The notes under the pieces: model-generated | The model's input: the letters and a program-made list of their open reading frames with translations, nothing else | The model's database searches: none | What the model was told of the DNA's origin: nothing | Position numbers and translations under genes: made by a program | Assembly (NCBI GenBank): GCA_943359335.1 | Contig: CALRHC010000003.1 | Location: 1-62,697, forward strand | DNA: 62,697 nucleotides | Reading direction: 5' to 3' | DNA from: Candidatus Yanofskybacteria bacterium | GTDB taxonomy: Bacteria; Patescibacteriota; Minisyncoccia; JACQLN01 | Part shown: piece after piece, positions 37,608-46,582 of the stretch | Position numbering within the stretch: the stretch's first letter is position 1 | Layout: each line of letters begins with the position of its first letter

Positions 37608-38714
37608 ATGTTTAGCGGGTTTTTGTATAGAGGTATTGCGAAGAAGATTCTGTTTTTGTTTCCAGCAGATACTATTCACGAATTATTCCTTAAAATAGGA
37701 AAGCAACTCGGGCGTTTTAGTTTTGTTAAAGATTTTTTGGCTAAAATCTGGGTTTATAGTAATCATATTTTAGAACAAAATCTAGTTGGACTTACTTTTA
37801 AAAATCCTGTTGGTTTGTCTGCTGGGTTCGATTACAATGCCGATTTAGTAGAAATCTTACCAAGTATCGGCTTTGGTTTTAATACCGCAGGCACACTCAC
37901 CTACGAAGCTTACAAAGGCAATTCGCCACCTATGCTTAGTAGGCTACCAAAATCAAAATCTTTGCTCGTTAACAAGGGCTTTAAAAACAAAGGTGTAACA
38001 AAAATTCTTAACAATATTAAACCAAATTCAAATACACTAGGTATTAGTATTGGGGCTACGAACAAACCATATTCTACTTTCGAAGAAATGGTAGAGAACT
38101 TGATTGAGGGCTTTCGCGATGCCGAAAATTTTAATAACTTTTTTTATTACGAACTAAATATTAGTTGCCCTAATTTGCAGAATATTCAAAACTTAAATAA
38201 CAAACTAGATTCTCCTTCTGGTTTAAAACAAGCTCTCGATAAACTCGAAACCCTTAACATCAAACGCCCTGTGTTTATTAAGATGCCTTTAGAAAGAACA
38301 GAAGAAGATATAAAAGAACTTATAGATGTAGCTAGGCCATTTTCTTTTATAAAAGGTTTAATATTTTCTAACCTAGTTAAAGATCGCACTAATCCAGCTT
38401 TTAATATCGAAGAAGTTAAAAAAGCGGGCAAAGGTGGTTTTAGTGGTAAACCGGTCGAAGAAAAATCTAACCAATTATTGCGCTTTGCTTACAAACTATG
38501 CCACGATAGGTTTTTGCTTATTGGAGTGGGTGGAATTTTTACGGCCGAAGATGCCTATAAAAAAATCCTTGCCGGTGCATCGGTGGTGCAATTAATTACA
38601 GGAATGATTTTTATGGGTCCACAGCAAATTGGTTTAATAAACAAAGGGTTGGTTACGTTATTAAAAAAAGACGGTTATAAAAATATTAGAGAAGCGGTTG
38701 GTGCGCAAACTTAA
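37608..38714 (+). CDS. pyrD: Dihydroorotate dehydrogenase (quinone, class 2)
   Basis: FKNPVGLSAGFD, ELNISCPN, GGFSGKP, IGVGGI, ASVVQLITG; start moved past the tRNA. Confidence 0.92.
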   Translation: MFSGFLYRGIAKKILFLFPADTIHELFLKIGKQLGRFSFVKDFLAKIWVYSNHILEQNLVGLTFKNPVGLSAGFDYNADLVEILPSIGFGFNTAGTLTYEAYKGNSPPMLSRLPKSKSLLVNKGFKNKGVTKILNNIKPNSNTLGISIGATNKPYSTFEEMVENLIEGFRDAENFNNFFYYELNISCPNLQNIQNLNNKLDSPSGLKQALDKLETLNIKRPVFIKMPLERTEEDIKELIDVARPFSFIKGLIFSNLVKDRTNPAFNIEEVKKAGKGGFSGKPVEEKSNQLLRFAYKLCHDRFLLIGVGGIFTAEDAYKKILAGASVVQLITGMIFMGPQQIGLINKGLVTLLKKDGYKNIREAVGAQT

Positions 38715-38722
38715 AATAACAA

Positions 38723-39211
38723 ATGGAATACTTAATTTTAATAACTTTTGGATTTTTTCTGGTCTATTCGTTTTTGTTTTATTTGTTTCCTTTGTTTTTT
38801 AAAAATATTATCCCTTCATCTAAAGAATTTTCTTTTGTTTCTTTATTTTATATATTAATTTCCTGTTTAGTTGCTTTCACCGCCAGCTTTAGCGTAAAAG
38901 ATTTAGATTTAAGTAATAGAATTTTACATACATTCGGCGGAGGTTTTATAACCTTTCTTGTTTGTTTTTTGGTGGTTAAAAATACAAAATTACAAATTAG
39001 CCGTTTCCAGTTTTTTACTTTTAGTTTTTTGGTTGTAATCTCTTTGGGCGCCGCAAACGAAATTTTAGAATACTTTTTGCAAAATTATTTAAACTTTTCT
39101 TTTGCTAAAAGCGCGAACGATACTTGGCTAGATCTTATTAGTAACACCGTAGGCGCATTAATTGCTGGTGTTATATTTGTACCGTTTACAAACAAATCTC
39201 AAAAAATATAA
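38723..39211 (+). CDS. Membrane protein (DUF2238/VanZ-like)
   Basis: ILHTFGG, GAANEILEY, DTWLDLISN. Confidence 0.7.
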   Translation: MEYLILITFGFFLVYSFLFYLFPLFFKNIIPSSKEFSFVSLFYILISCLVAFTASFSVKDLDLSNRILHTFGGGFITFLVCFLVVKNTKLQISRFQFFTFSFLVVISLGAANEILEYFLQNYLNFSFAKSANDTWLDLISNTVGALIAGVIFVPFTNKSQKI

Positions 39212-39335
39212 GTTATGTAGGTATGCCCCGTAGTAGAATTTCCAAATTTTCTTTGTGACATTTTACTAAGGGAATATATATTAATTTTGATATTTTAACA
39301 TTATTTTTGTATCTGTATATATTATAAATAATTTT

Positions 39336-40394
39336 CTATATAGATTTCTTTATTTTTCTGGCCAAGTTGAATAATTTATAAAGCACAGGCTTTATAACCA
39401 CATCAACATTGCCAATATATTCAAACTCCTCTCCCTTAAAACGTCTTTTAAACGTTGTTAACGAAACCCAGAGCTTCTCGTCTATGCCTCCAAGATCATA
39501 ATATTTAAAACCCATCTTTTTAGATTCTTTTATTCCATACCAATGCAGATAAGTAGTTATTTTAGAGGGAAGCTCTAACGTTGCCGAAGCACCAAACAAA
39601 TAGGTAGCGGTACCACTAAAAAATAAAACCATATTAATAGCCCCAATTCTTTCTTCGTGTTTACCCACAAAAAAGCATATGGCTAATTCATTGTTCTTGG
39701 CTTCTTTAACACCAAGTGCAATTTTTTGTATAGTTTCAAAATAAGCTATATTAGGGAAAATATGCTTGTTTTTGTTTCTGTAGCTTGTATCTTTAGCTAA
39801 ATTAAAAAACTGGTTTAATTCCTCTGTATTTAAGAATTCTTTTGTTTCTACGGTCACGTTCTTTCTTTCGGCTTTTCTAACATTAGCTCTATTAGACGGG
39901 TGGAATTCGGCTAAAATTTCTTCTTCGGTTTTATTTAAATTAATAGCTAAATTATGGCGCGGTTGAATATAATATTCTGGAAAAGAAACTGCTAGACCCT
40001 TTATTTTAAATCTCTCTTTTATTGGTGGTTCAAATCTTACAAAAATAAACTGCGGGAAATTTTCTTTAACCCAAACTTGTAGCGATTTAAAAAGTTCATC
40101 TATTTTTTCGGTTGTATTAAAAAAATTTATATCGAGTACCGGACCCCGAGGACTGTAACCGTAAACTTGCTTTAAAGGTAGGTTACAGTAAACCAAAGTA
40201 AATAAACCAACTATATTTTCGTTTAAACTTATTTTAAAACGCTCGGTTTTTCGCCCCAGCGCAGTTTGAAAATTACCCCATTCCCACGACGCCATAAAAG
40301 CACCTACGGGCGGGTAGTTTTTTGCAACAAAACTATTCCAAACTTCTTTTTCACTATCGATAACTGCTTTTATTTTGATTTCACTATTTAACAT
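39336..40394 (-). CDS. FemABX-family peptidoglycan bridge aminoacyltransferase
   Basis: FMASWEWG, YSPRGP, FVRFEP, YYDLGG, FKRRF. Confidence 0.88.
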   Translation of the reverse strand: MLNSEIKIKAVIDSEKEVWNSFVAKNYPPVGAFMASWEWGNFQTALGRKTERFKISLNENIVGLFTLVYCNLPLKQVYGYSPRGPVLDINFFNTTEKIDELFKSLQVWVKENFPQFIFVRFEPPIKERFKIKGLAVSFPEYYIQPRHNLAINLNKTEEEILAEFHPSNRANVRKAERKNVTVETKEFLNTEELNQFFNLAKDTSYRNKNKHIFPNIAYFETIQKIALGVKEAKNNELAICFFVGKHEERIGAINMVLFFSGTATYLFGASATLELPSKITTYLHWYGIKESKKMGFKYYDLGGIDEKLWVSLTTFKRRFKGEEFEYIGNVDVVIKPVLYKLFNLARKIKKSI

Positions 40395-40866
40395 TGTTCA
40401 AAAAAACACTATCGCCTATTTTTATATTATTTTTTTTACTAAACCCAGCATTAACTTCTAAAACATAGTTGGCTTTTTTGGTAGGCAAATAGAATTTAGG
40501 CTTAGCCGGATCAAGCTTGTTAGAAACATTATGGCTAATATCTATTATCTTATTGTTGTTTATCCAAATAATATCTATGGGAAAATGCATATCGGGCATC
40601 CAAAAACGGTAATAATCAGCTATGTTAAAAATAAACAGCATCCCATTTTTTAAATCTAAGCTTAAACGCCCAGATAAGCCCTTTTGAACCTCGACTTCTG
40701 TACGCATAACCTCTACCGGAATTTCTAGTTTGTTAATTGTTACTGATGGAATTACTGGTTTTATAATTTCCGCTGCATATTCTATATTTGTCGGAATATT
40801 TTGATTCCAAACAAAAGCTAAGGCAATACCCGTAAAAATTAAACCAATTAAAACATATTTTCGCAT
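40384..40866 (-). CDS. DUF192-family protein
   Basis: KGLSGR, GMLF, FWMPDMHFPIDIIWI, YVLEVNAG. Confidence 0.9.
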   Translation of the reverse strand: MRKYVLIGLIFTGIALAFVWNQNIPTNIEYAAEIIKPVIPSVTINKLEIPVEVMRTEVEVQKGLSGRLSLDLKNGMLFIFNIADYYRFWMPDMHFPIDIIWINNNKIIDISHNVSNKLDPAKPKFYLPTKKANYVLEVNAGFSKKNNIKIGDSVFLNNVK

Positions 40867-41011
40867 AAATATTTCTTTTGCATTATAGCATCAAACCTAG
40901 ATTTTTAAACAAAAAAGGGCTAATCTTGAGCTATTGATATGGAACCTCTAGCGTCTAAAATCCGCCCGAAAAACCATCTTGGCGCTGGGGCAATAAAAAA
41001 AATAAATAAAT

Positions 41012-41566
41012 ATGAAAAGAGTTTTTATAGTTCACGGCTATGATGCTACGCCAGACGATAATTGGTTTCCTTGGCTCAAAAAACAATTAGAAGAAAGGGG
41101 TTTTGATGTTATTGTTCCTCAAATGCCTGAAGCTGCTACACCGAGCCTAGAAAAATGGCTCACGCATCTTCAACAGCTTGTTGGCAAATGCGATGAAAAT
41201 ACTTTTTTAGTAGGACACAGTTTGGGAACTATAACCTGTTTAAAATTTTTAGAAACTTTACCCGAAAACCAAAAAGCTGGGGGTGTTGTTTTAGTTGCAG
41301 GTTTTTCCGAAGATATTAATTTTTCTCCATTATATAGCTTTACTGAAAAACCGTTAAACTATAAGAAAGTTAAAGACTCTGTAAAAAATATTGTTGCCAT
41401 ACACTCAACCGACGATATGGCTGTGCCTTATAGATTTGCAGAAATTATCCAAGATAAATTAAATGCAAAGTTAATAACACTTCAGGGCTTGGGCCACATC
41501 AATGCCTCAAATGGCTGTTTCGAACTTCCAGAAGCCTTAAATGCTATACTCCATTTTAATGATTAA
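41012..41566 (+). CDS. RBBP9/YdeN alpha/beta hydrolase
   Basis: FIVHGY, NWFPWL, GHSLG, HSTDD, GHIN. Confidence 0.92.
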   Translation: MKRVFIVHGYDATPDDNWFPWLKKQLEERGFDVIVPQMPEAATPSLEKWLTHLQQLVGKCDENTFLVGHSLGTITCLKFLETLPENQKAGGVVLVAGFSEDINFSPLYSFTEKPLNYKKVKDSVKNIVAIHSTDDMAVPYRFAEIIQDKLNAKLITLQGLGHINASNGCFELPEALNAILHFND

Positions 41567-43127
41567 AGAAAAACTAAATAAAATATTGCCGATAGTAGCG
41601 TTGTTTGTTCTAGCTGCTTTTTTTGCTTTTTACTACCCACCCACTGTTGGCATAGACAACTACTACCATATTAGACATGCATGGATTTACCAAACCCAAG
41701 GAATGTTTAATAGCGATTTTCCTTGGTTAGAAAATTCGATCATTGGAAAACTAGGTGGCGATATTTGGTATGGTTTTCATATATTGCTTATTCCCTTCAC
41801 TTTTTTTAAAGATTTACTTTTAGGAATTAAATTTGCAACTGTAATTGTTACGTTTCTAGCGCTATTTGCTGTTTATATTGTATTTAAAAAATTTAATATA
41901 CGCTGGCCATTTCTCTGGACTATATTTTTCTTTTTTTCTGTACCCGATGTTCATTTTAGATTAATGATGCTTCGCCCACATGTTTTAACACTTGCCTTAC
42001 TGCTTATAATATTTTATCTGCTAATAGAAAAAAGATCGGGTAAACATATTTTTATTGCTTCGACTTTAGCTTCGTTTATACATATTTCTTTATTATGGCT
42101 ACCTATACTTGTAGCCTTTGTTGTTTTTATTTGTCAAAAGATATTCGAAAAACGCTGGGAAATTAAAAATAATCTTTATTTATTTGCCGGTTTAATTTTT
42201 GGCGCAATTTTAAGGCCAAATGCATTTAGTTCTTTAAAAATTGCCTATATTCAAGTCGTTCAATTAAGTTTAGAAAAATTAAACAATGCGCCCCTAAGAT
42301 TTGGCACAGAACTTCGTCCTGGAAACAGTCTAAGTATATTTGTATGGGAAATTTTACCAATATCTTTGATTGTTATCGCAAGTATCGTCGGTTTAATAAT
42401 TTTTCTAAAAAAGAAAAAAACGAACCTAGAGAACCAAGAAAAAACGCTTATTTCGAGCTTAGTTACTTTCTATATAATGTTTGGAGTATTGTTTTATGCC
42501 TTTGCTCGTCGTACCGCCGATATTTGGGTTTTGTTTTCTGTGTTACTGGCTGCAGTAGCTTTTTCTATAGTTTTTAAAAACAAAGAAGTATATTTAAAGT
42601 TTAAAAAAATATCTTTAACCATATTTTTTATAGCTATAATTGTTTTTGGGGTTCAAACGCTAAGAATTGTTTCTGGTTATCTTTCTGGTTTGCCACCACA
42701 GGATATGTTTAAAGAACCGGCGGAATGGCTTAAAGAAAATAGCCAAAAAGGAGATATTGTTTTTAATACCCGTTGGGATAATTTCTCTTTTATGTTTTTT
42801 TGGAACCAACATAACCATTTTATAAATGGTATGGATCCTATATTTGAATATTCAAATAACCAAAGCTTATACCTACAGCATTACTTTCTAGAAATAGATA
42901 AAATTTTAATGGTGAATGGTGAAGCTTATACCTGTGGGGCCAATCCTTGTAATGAAAGTTCAGTAAGCACGGTTTACGATTCTTTAAGGAACAATTTTAA
43001 AGCTAAATATATATTTGTAGAACCCGCCAGAAACCCTAAGCTCTATAAGTTTTTAGATTCTAATAAACATTTCGATAAAGTTTTTGATACTAAAAATGGT
43101 CTAGAAGTTCTTTTTAAAGTTTTATAA
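41541..43127 (+). CDS. Polytopic membrane protein, GT-C glycosyltransferase-like
   Basis: DNYYH near the N-terminus, many TM helices, C-terminal soluble domain; real start may be 41559. Confidence 0.7.
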   Translation: MLYSILMIKEKLNKILPIVALFVLAAFFAFYYPPTVGIDNYYHIRHAWIYQTQGMFNSDFPWLENSIIGKLGGDIWYGFHILLIPFTFFKDLLLGIKFATVIVTFLALFAVYIVFKKFNIRWPFLWTIFFFFSVPDVHFRLMMLRPHVLTLALLLIIFYLLIEKRSGKHIFIASTLASFIHISLLWLPILVAFVVFICQKIFEKRWEIKNNLYLFAGLIFGAILRPNAFSSLKIAYIQVVQLSLEKLNNAPLRFGTELRPGNSLSIFVWEILPISLIVIASIVGLIIFLKKKKTNLENQEKTLISSLVTFYIMFGVLFYAFARRTADIWVLFSVLLAAVAFSIVFKNKEVYLKFKKISLTIFFIAIIVFGVQTLRIVSGYLSGLPPQDMFKEPAEWLKENSQKGDIVFNTRWDNFSFMFFWNQHNHFINGMDPIFEYSNNQSLYLQHYFLEIDKILMVNGEAYTCGANPCNESSVSTVYDSLRNNFKAKYIFVEPARNPKLYKFLDSNKHFDKVFDTKNGLEVLFKVL

Positions 43128-43130
43128 AAA

Positions 43131-43158
43131 AATATCACACCATTTTAGATGTGATATT
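43131..43158. terminator. Bidirectional terminator between convergent genes
   Basis: AATATCACA/TGTGATATT 9-bp stem. Confidence 0.6.
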
Positions 43159-43173
43159 GGACAAACTAGGTTC

Positions 43174-44103
43174 CTAACTGTTTTTGTATTTTTCGTAAAT
43201 CATCTTAGCCGCATAAATATCTTGAACAGCTAATCCTGTAAAATAAGCAACTCTTACGCCATCGGTAAGCTTTAGTTTATCTAAAGAAGCATCGCCAATA
43301 TTAGCTATCTGGCCGTCTATTTTTGCAAAATTTATATCTTGATAATATCCATCGGCAAGGGCCTTTTTAAATTCACCACTTTTTTTACATTGCTCTTCGT
43401 TATCTGGAACAACAACTGCATTCGTCATTATTTCTTTATCGAGCTGAGTTGTGCGAGAATCTCCACCTAGAACCGATATAAAAACATTTGGCTCTAGATC
43501 TTTTAAAAAAAGTATAGCTTCCGGAGTTGGAACAGCGGTTAAAATAGCACTCGCACCATATACAGCCGAAGCAACAGAATCATGAGTAATAATATTTACA
43601 GGCAAATGACTTAATTCAGCTTTAAATTTTTCTCTATTTTCTACATTACGACTATAAATATTTATAGTTGTTATTCCCAGCTCAACAGCACACAAAGCTA
43701 AACTTTTAGAAATTTTACCTGTGCCTAGTATAGTAATAGTTTTAATTTGAGGTGCAAAATATTTTAAACCAAGCACACCAGCAGCACCTGTGCGCATATT
43801 GGTTATATATTCAGCATCAAATTCTATTACTACACCATTTTTTAACTCTAATTTTATTACGGCAGTTCTTTGTCCTAGTTTTCCCTTAGAATCAGATGGC
43901 ATTTCCTCTATAAACTTATAACCAGAATACCCTGCAACACTAGCTGGCATTTTTAAAGTAAACTTACCAAAATCGTCCAGATTCTGTTCGCGAGGCAACA
44001 TTTCTACTTTTCCTTGTCCATATAACCTAAAGGCTTCATCGCAATTAGCCAAAAAATCTGCTGCAGAAAAATTTTTCTCTATAAAATCTATTGGGATTTT
44101 CAT
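43174..44103 (-). CDS. Ornithine cyclodeaminase/mu-crystallin family protein
   Basis: ITNMRTGAAG, ILGTGKI, FTGLAVQD; probable start MKIPIDF at 44103. Confidence 0.88.
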   Translation of the reverse strand: MKIPIDFIEKNFSAADFLANCDEAFRLYGQGKVEMLPREQNLDDFGKFTLKMPASVAGYSGYKFIEEMPSDSKGKLGQRTAVIKLELKNGVVIEFDAEYITNMRTGAAGVLGLKYFAPQIKTITILGTGKISKSLALCAVELGITTINIYSRNVENREKFKAELSHLPVNIITHDSVASAVYGASAILTAVPTPEAILFLKDLEPNVFISVLGGDSRTTQLDKEIMTNAVVVPDNEEQCKKSGEFKKALADGYYQDINFAKIDGQIANIGDASLDKLKLTDGVRVAYFTGLAVQDIYAAKMIYEKYKNS

Positions 44104-44203
44104 TTTTCTCCTTTTGCCCTTTATTATAGCAATTTTTAAAATTGATAAAAGAACCACAAGCATAATGCCATCACCTTCCTTAAAAAGCAATTAAACAAAA
44201 AAA

Positions 44204-44226
44204 CTCTCCGAAGTTATATCGGAGAG
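44204..44226 (-). terminator. Intrinsic terminator of orphan 44235-45842
   Basis: CTCTCCGA-AGTTATA-TCGGAGAG plus T run on the minus strand. Confidence 0.75.
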
Positions 44227-44234
44227 GTTTTAAA

Positions 44235-45842
44235 TTAATGTTGTTTTTTTCCTTTCATATATGTATCTACAAAATGCTGTATATAGTTTGGTATTACGGT
44301 AAGAATACTTCCCAGCATAGCTTTATAACTTCTTTTATCCATAAGCCCAATCGCTCTTGGTACCTCAACTCTATAGTGAGGATGGGGCTTTACTGTATTT
44401 TTAAGACCAACGGCCCAGCACATCTGCTTGGACTGTCTGCCATGATAAAAAGCACTACTCATGGATACTATTCCAGAATCTGGAGCAAGAAGTTGAGAAA
44501 AAGTTCCTTGCCTTCTTTCCCACATAATCCAAACCAAAGGATAAAGTTCGGGCACACTATTTCCGCCCATAGAAATAGCGCAAAGTTTTTCCGCCAACCT
44601 TATAATAGAAGGAGGTTTAGGAATCTTGTCGTTCAAAACCAAATCCCTTCTATCAAATTCCAAAATTGTTCCTGCGGGAAAAACAGAATGAGCGTTAAAC
44701 AAAGCTGTTAGTACATAAGAATAAAGAGGTAAACCCATGTTTACGTGTCTATGTGGTTCATACAACGTTGGTCCATCGTAATACCTTGTTGCTATCTCCT
44801 CGGCAACAATTCTTTTGGAAATTCCTTTAGAAACTTTTCCAGAAAAATCTTCTGTTATAGCTAAAACCAAAGCCGAGCGCATCAAAGAAACATCTACTTT
44901 TTCTATTACCGAAGGGTCATCCTCATTTCTTTCATAAGCATAATGGTTTATCCAATCAATACGGCTATGATTAAGAATTAAAATCTCGACACCTTCAGGA
45001 AGTGTATCTTTATACTTTCTTATTGTGGCAAAAATTGCTGCACTTCTTAATTCATGGTTCTCACCTTGCCAACCACCCCAAAACGCACTAGGCATAAAGA
45101 AAGCAGCTAGAAACATTCTCACAACTTCAGTATGCTCAAACTTTAAAGATACGTCGTACACAAAAGCAGAGTGTTCTCTTTTATATAGCCTGTTAAAAGA
45201 ATTAATCACTCTTAAAACATCAAAAGAGAACTGTGTAGACTCTCTAGCTTCATCTTCGGTTGGTTTAGAAAGTTCATCGATTTCTCGCAAAATAGAACCA
45301 TTCCCATTTTCAAGATCGTAAAAAGCTTCCATAACCGCTGGTCCAAAATCTTCAATTGCGGTACCCAGTGCCACCACTTTCTCTACCATTACCTTATCTT
45401 CTATTTCGGCAGGATCTGTAAATCCTACATCAGAAAATTGAGCACAAAACTCTACCGCAGCCCTGTATATGGCAACAGCCGTAGCCTGAAGAACTTCGGC
45501 TTTCTTTTTTGCTTCAACACGAACATCTTCGTTATCTTTCCATTTCCTTATCGCTGCAATCTTTAAGGTATTTAGGTTTCTATCATTTCTTAAAGATTCT
45601 TCAACTAGAATAACCACCAAGCTGTGTATACCATGGTTACGAAAAATAGCGAGTTTACTCGTATCTAGCTCTACACCTTCTTGAATAAGAGGAATAGCAT
45701 TATTTTTTGGATTATTTACTTTTTCTGCAACAAAAACCAAAGATTTTTCACTAGACTCTTTATCAAAGAGTCTTCCTATTTCCTCCAAAGACAATCGCCC
45801 AATTGCTATGCCCTCCAACTGATTTAAGCCATTAGGATCCAC
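44235..45842 (-). CDS. Orphan 535-aa protein, weakly resembling a degenerate HD-GYP protein
   Basis: GTG 45842 after AAGGAG SD; LIQEGVEL N-terminal segment and VFPAGTILE segment; no intact HD or GYP motif. Confidence 0.65.
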   Translation of the reverse strand: MDPNGLNQLEGIAIGRLSLEEIGRLFDKESSEKSLVFVAEKVNNPKNNAIPLIQEGVELDTSKLAIFRNHGIHSLVVILVEESLRNDRNLNTLKIAAIRKWKDNEDVRVEAKKKAEVLQATAVAIYRAAVEFCAQFSDVGFTDPAEIEDKVMVEKVVALGTAIEDFGPAVMEAFYDLENGNGSILREIDELSKPTEDEARESTQFSFDVLRVINSFNRLYKREHSAFVYDVSLKFEHTEVVRMFLAAFFMPSAFWGGWQGENHELRSAAIFATIRKYKDTLPEGVEILILNHSRIDWINHYAYERNEDDPSVIEKVDVSLMRSALVLAITEDFSGKVSKGISKRIVAEEIATRYYDGPTLYEPHRHVNMGLPLYSYVLTALFNAHSVFPAGTILEFDRRDLVLNDKIPKPPSIIRLAEKLCAISMGGNSVPELYPLVWIMWERRQGTFSQLLAPDSGIVSMSSAFYHGRQSKQMCWAVGLKNTVKPHPHYRVEVPRAIGLMDKRSYKAMLGSILTVIPNYIQHFVDTYMKGKKQH

Positions 45843-45886
45843 TATTTTAGCTCCTTTGTAGATTGTGATTTTAAAGTACCAAAAAC

Positions 45887-45915
45887 ATAATGACACTTAC
45901 AAGAAAAGTCGTCAA
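45887..45915 (-). promoter_or_regulatory. Sigma70-like promoter
   Basis: TTGACG-17bp-CATTAT. Confidence 0.55.
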
Positions 45916-45937
45916 ATTATATTATCTCTTAAAAAAA

Positions 45938-46546
45938 TTAGCTAACTTGGGTAGGGGGTCTTTTTTTAAACACAATAAACTTCATCCCCAAAAAATTCCA
46001 TGTTAAGACCAAAAAAACAGAGCTTAATGCTGCAATATTATCCCAAAGTTTAGCCGAAATTCCATCTGGCGCACCAACCACATCTACCATATAAAAAGCC
46101 CAGCCAACATTTAATAAAGCGCTACCAGAAACAACAAGAAGAAATAATAAAAAATTGCCTTGTTTTTGAAACGTCCAGTTTTTGTTCCAAAAAAAACTAT
46201 TTATAACAGCACAAACAAAAGAAATAAATTTGAAAACCGCAAAATAAAATCCATGTGTAATGTTTGTTATATATATTAAAAAATTTAAAACACCTAAATC
46301 TAAAAAGGTGTTAGATAAGCCCACCACAAAGAATTTTCCAAATTGGTAAACAAAAGGCCTCCAGACTTGTGAAATCTTATATGTGGCATACAAACCCAAA
46401 ACAAAAAGTGGAGATAAAATAAATGGTAACCAATATTTGTTTATTGGCAATTTAAAATCTAAATTTTTAATAATTACCAATAGCATTATAGAAACAAAAA
46501 AACCTAAGAATAGCACCTTTAAAGCGTCTTTTTTAGTAAAGTTCAT
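45938..46546 (-). CDS. GtrA-family flippase-like protein
   Basis: QFGKFFVVGLSNTFLD, NSFFWNKNWTF, WNFLGMKFIVF. Confidence 0.9.
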   Translation of the reverse strand: MNFTKKDALKVLFLGFFVSIMLLVIIKNLDFKLPINKYWLPFILSPLFVLGLYATYKISQVWRPFVYQFGKFFVVGLSNTFLDLGVLNFLIYITNITHGFYFAVFKFISFVCAVINSFFWNKNWTFQKQGNFLLFLLVVSGSALLNVGWAFYMVDVVGAPDGISAKLWDNIAALSSVFLVLTWNFLGMKFIVFKKRPPTQVS

Positions 46547-46582
46547 TTAAATATTATTTTCTTATAATCAAAAACAAATAAC

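Noticed and set aside
39222-39240. TGCCCCGTAG possible repeat half-site
   Set aside because: No partner arm or second copy in the window.
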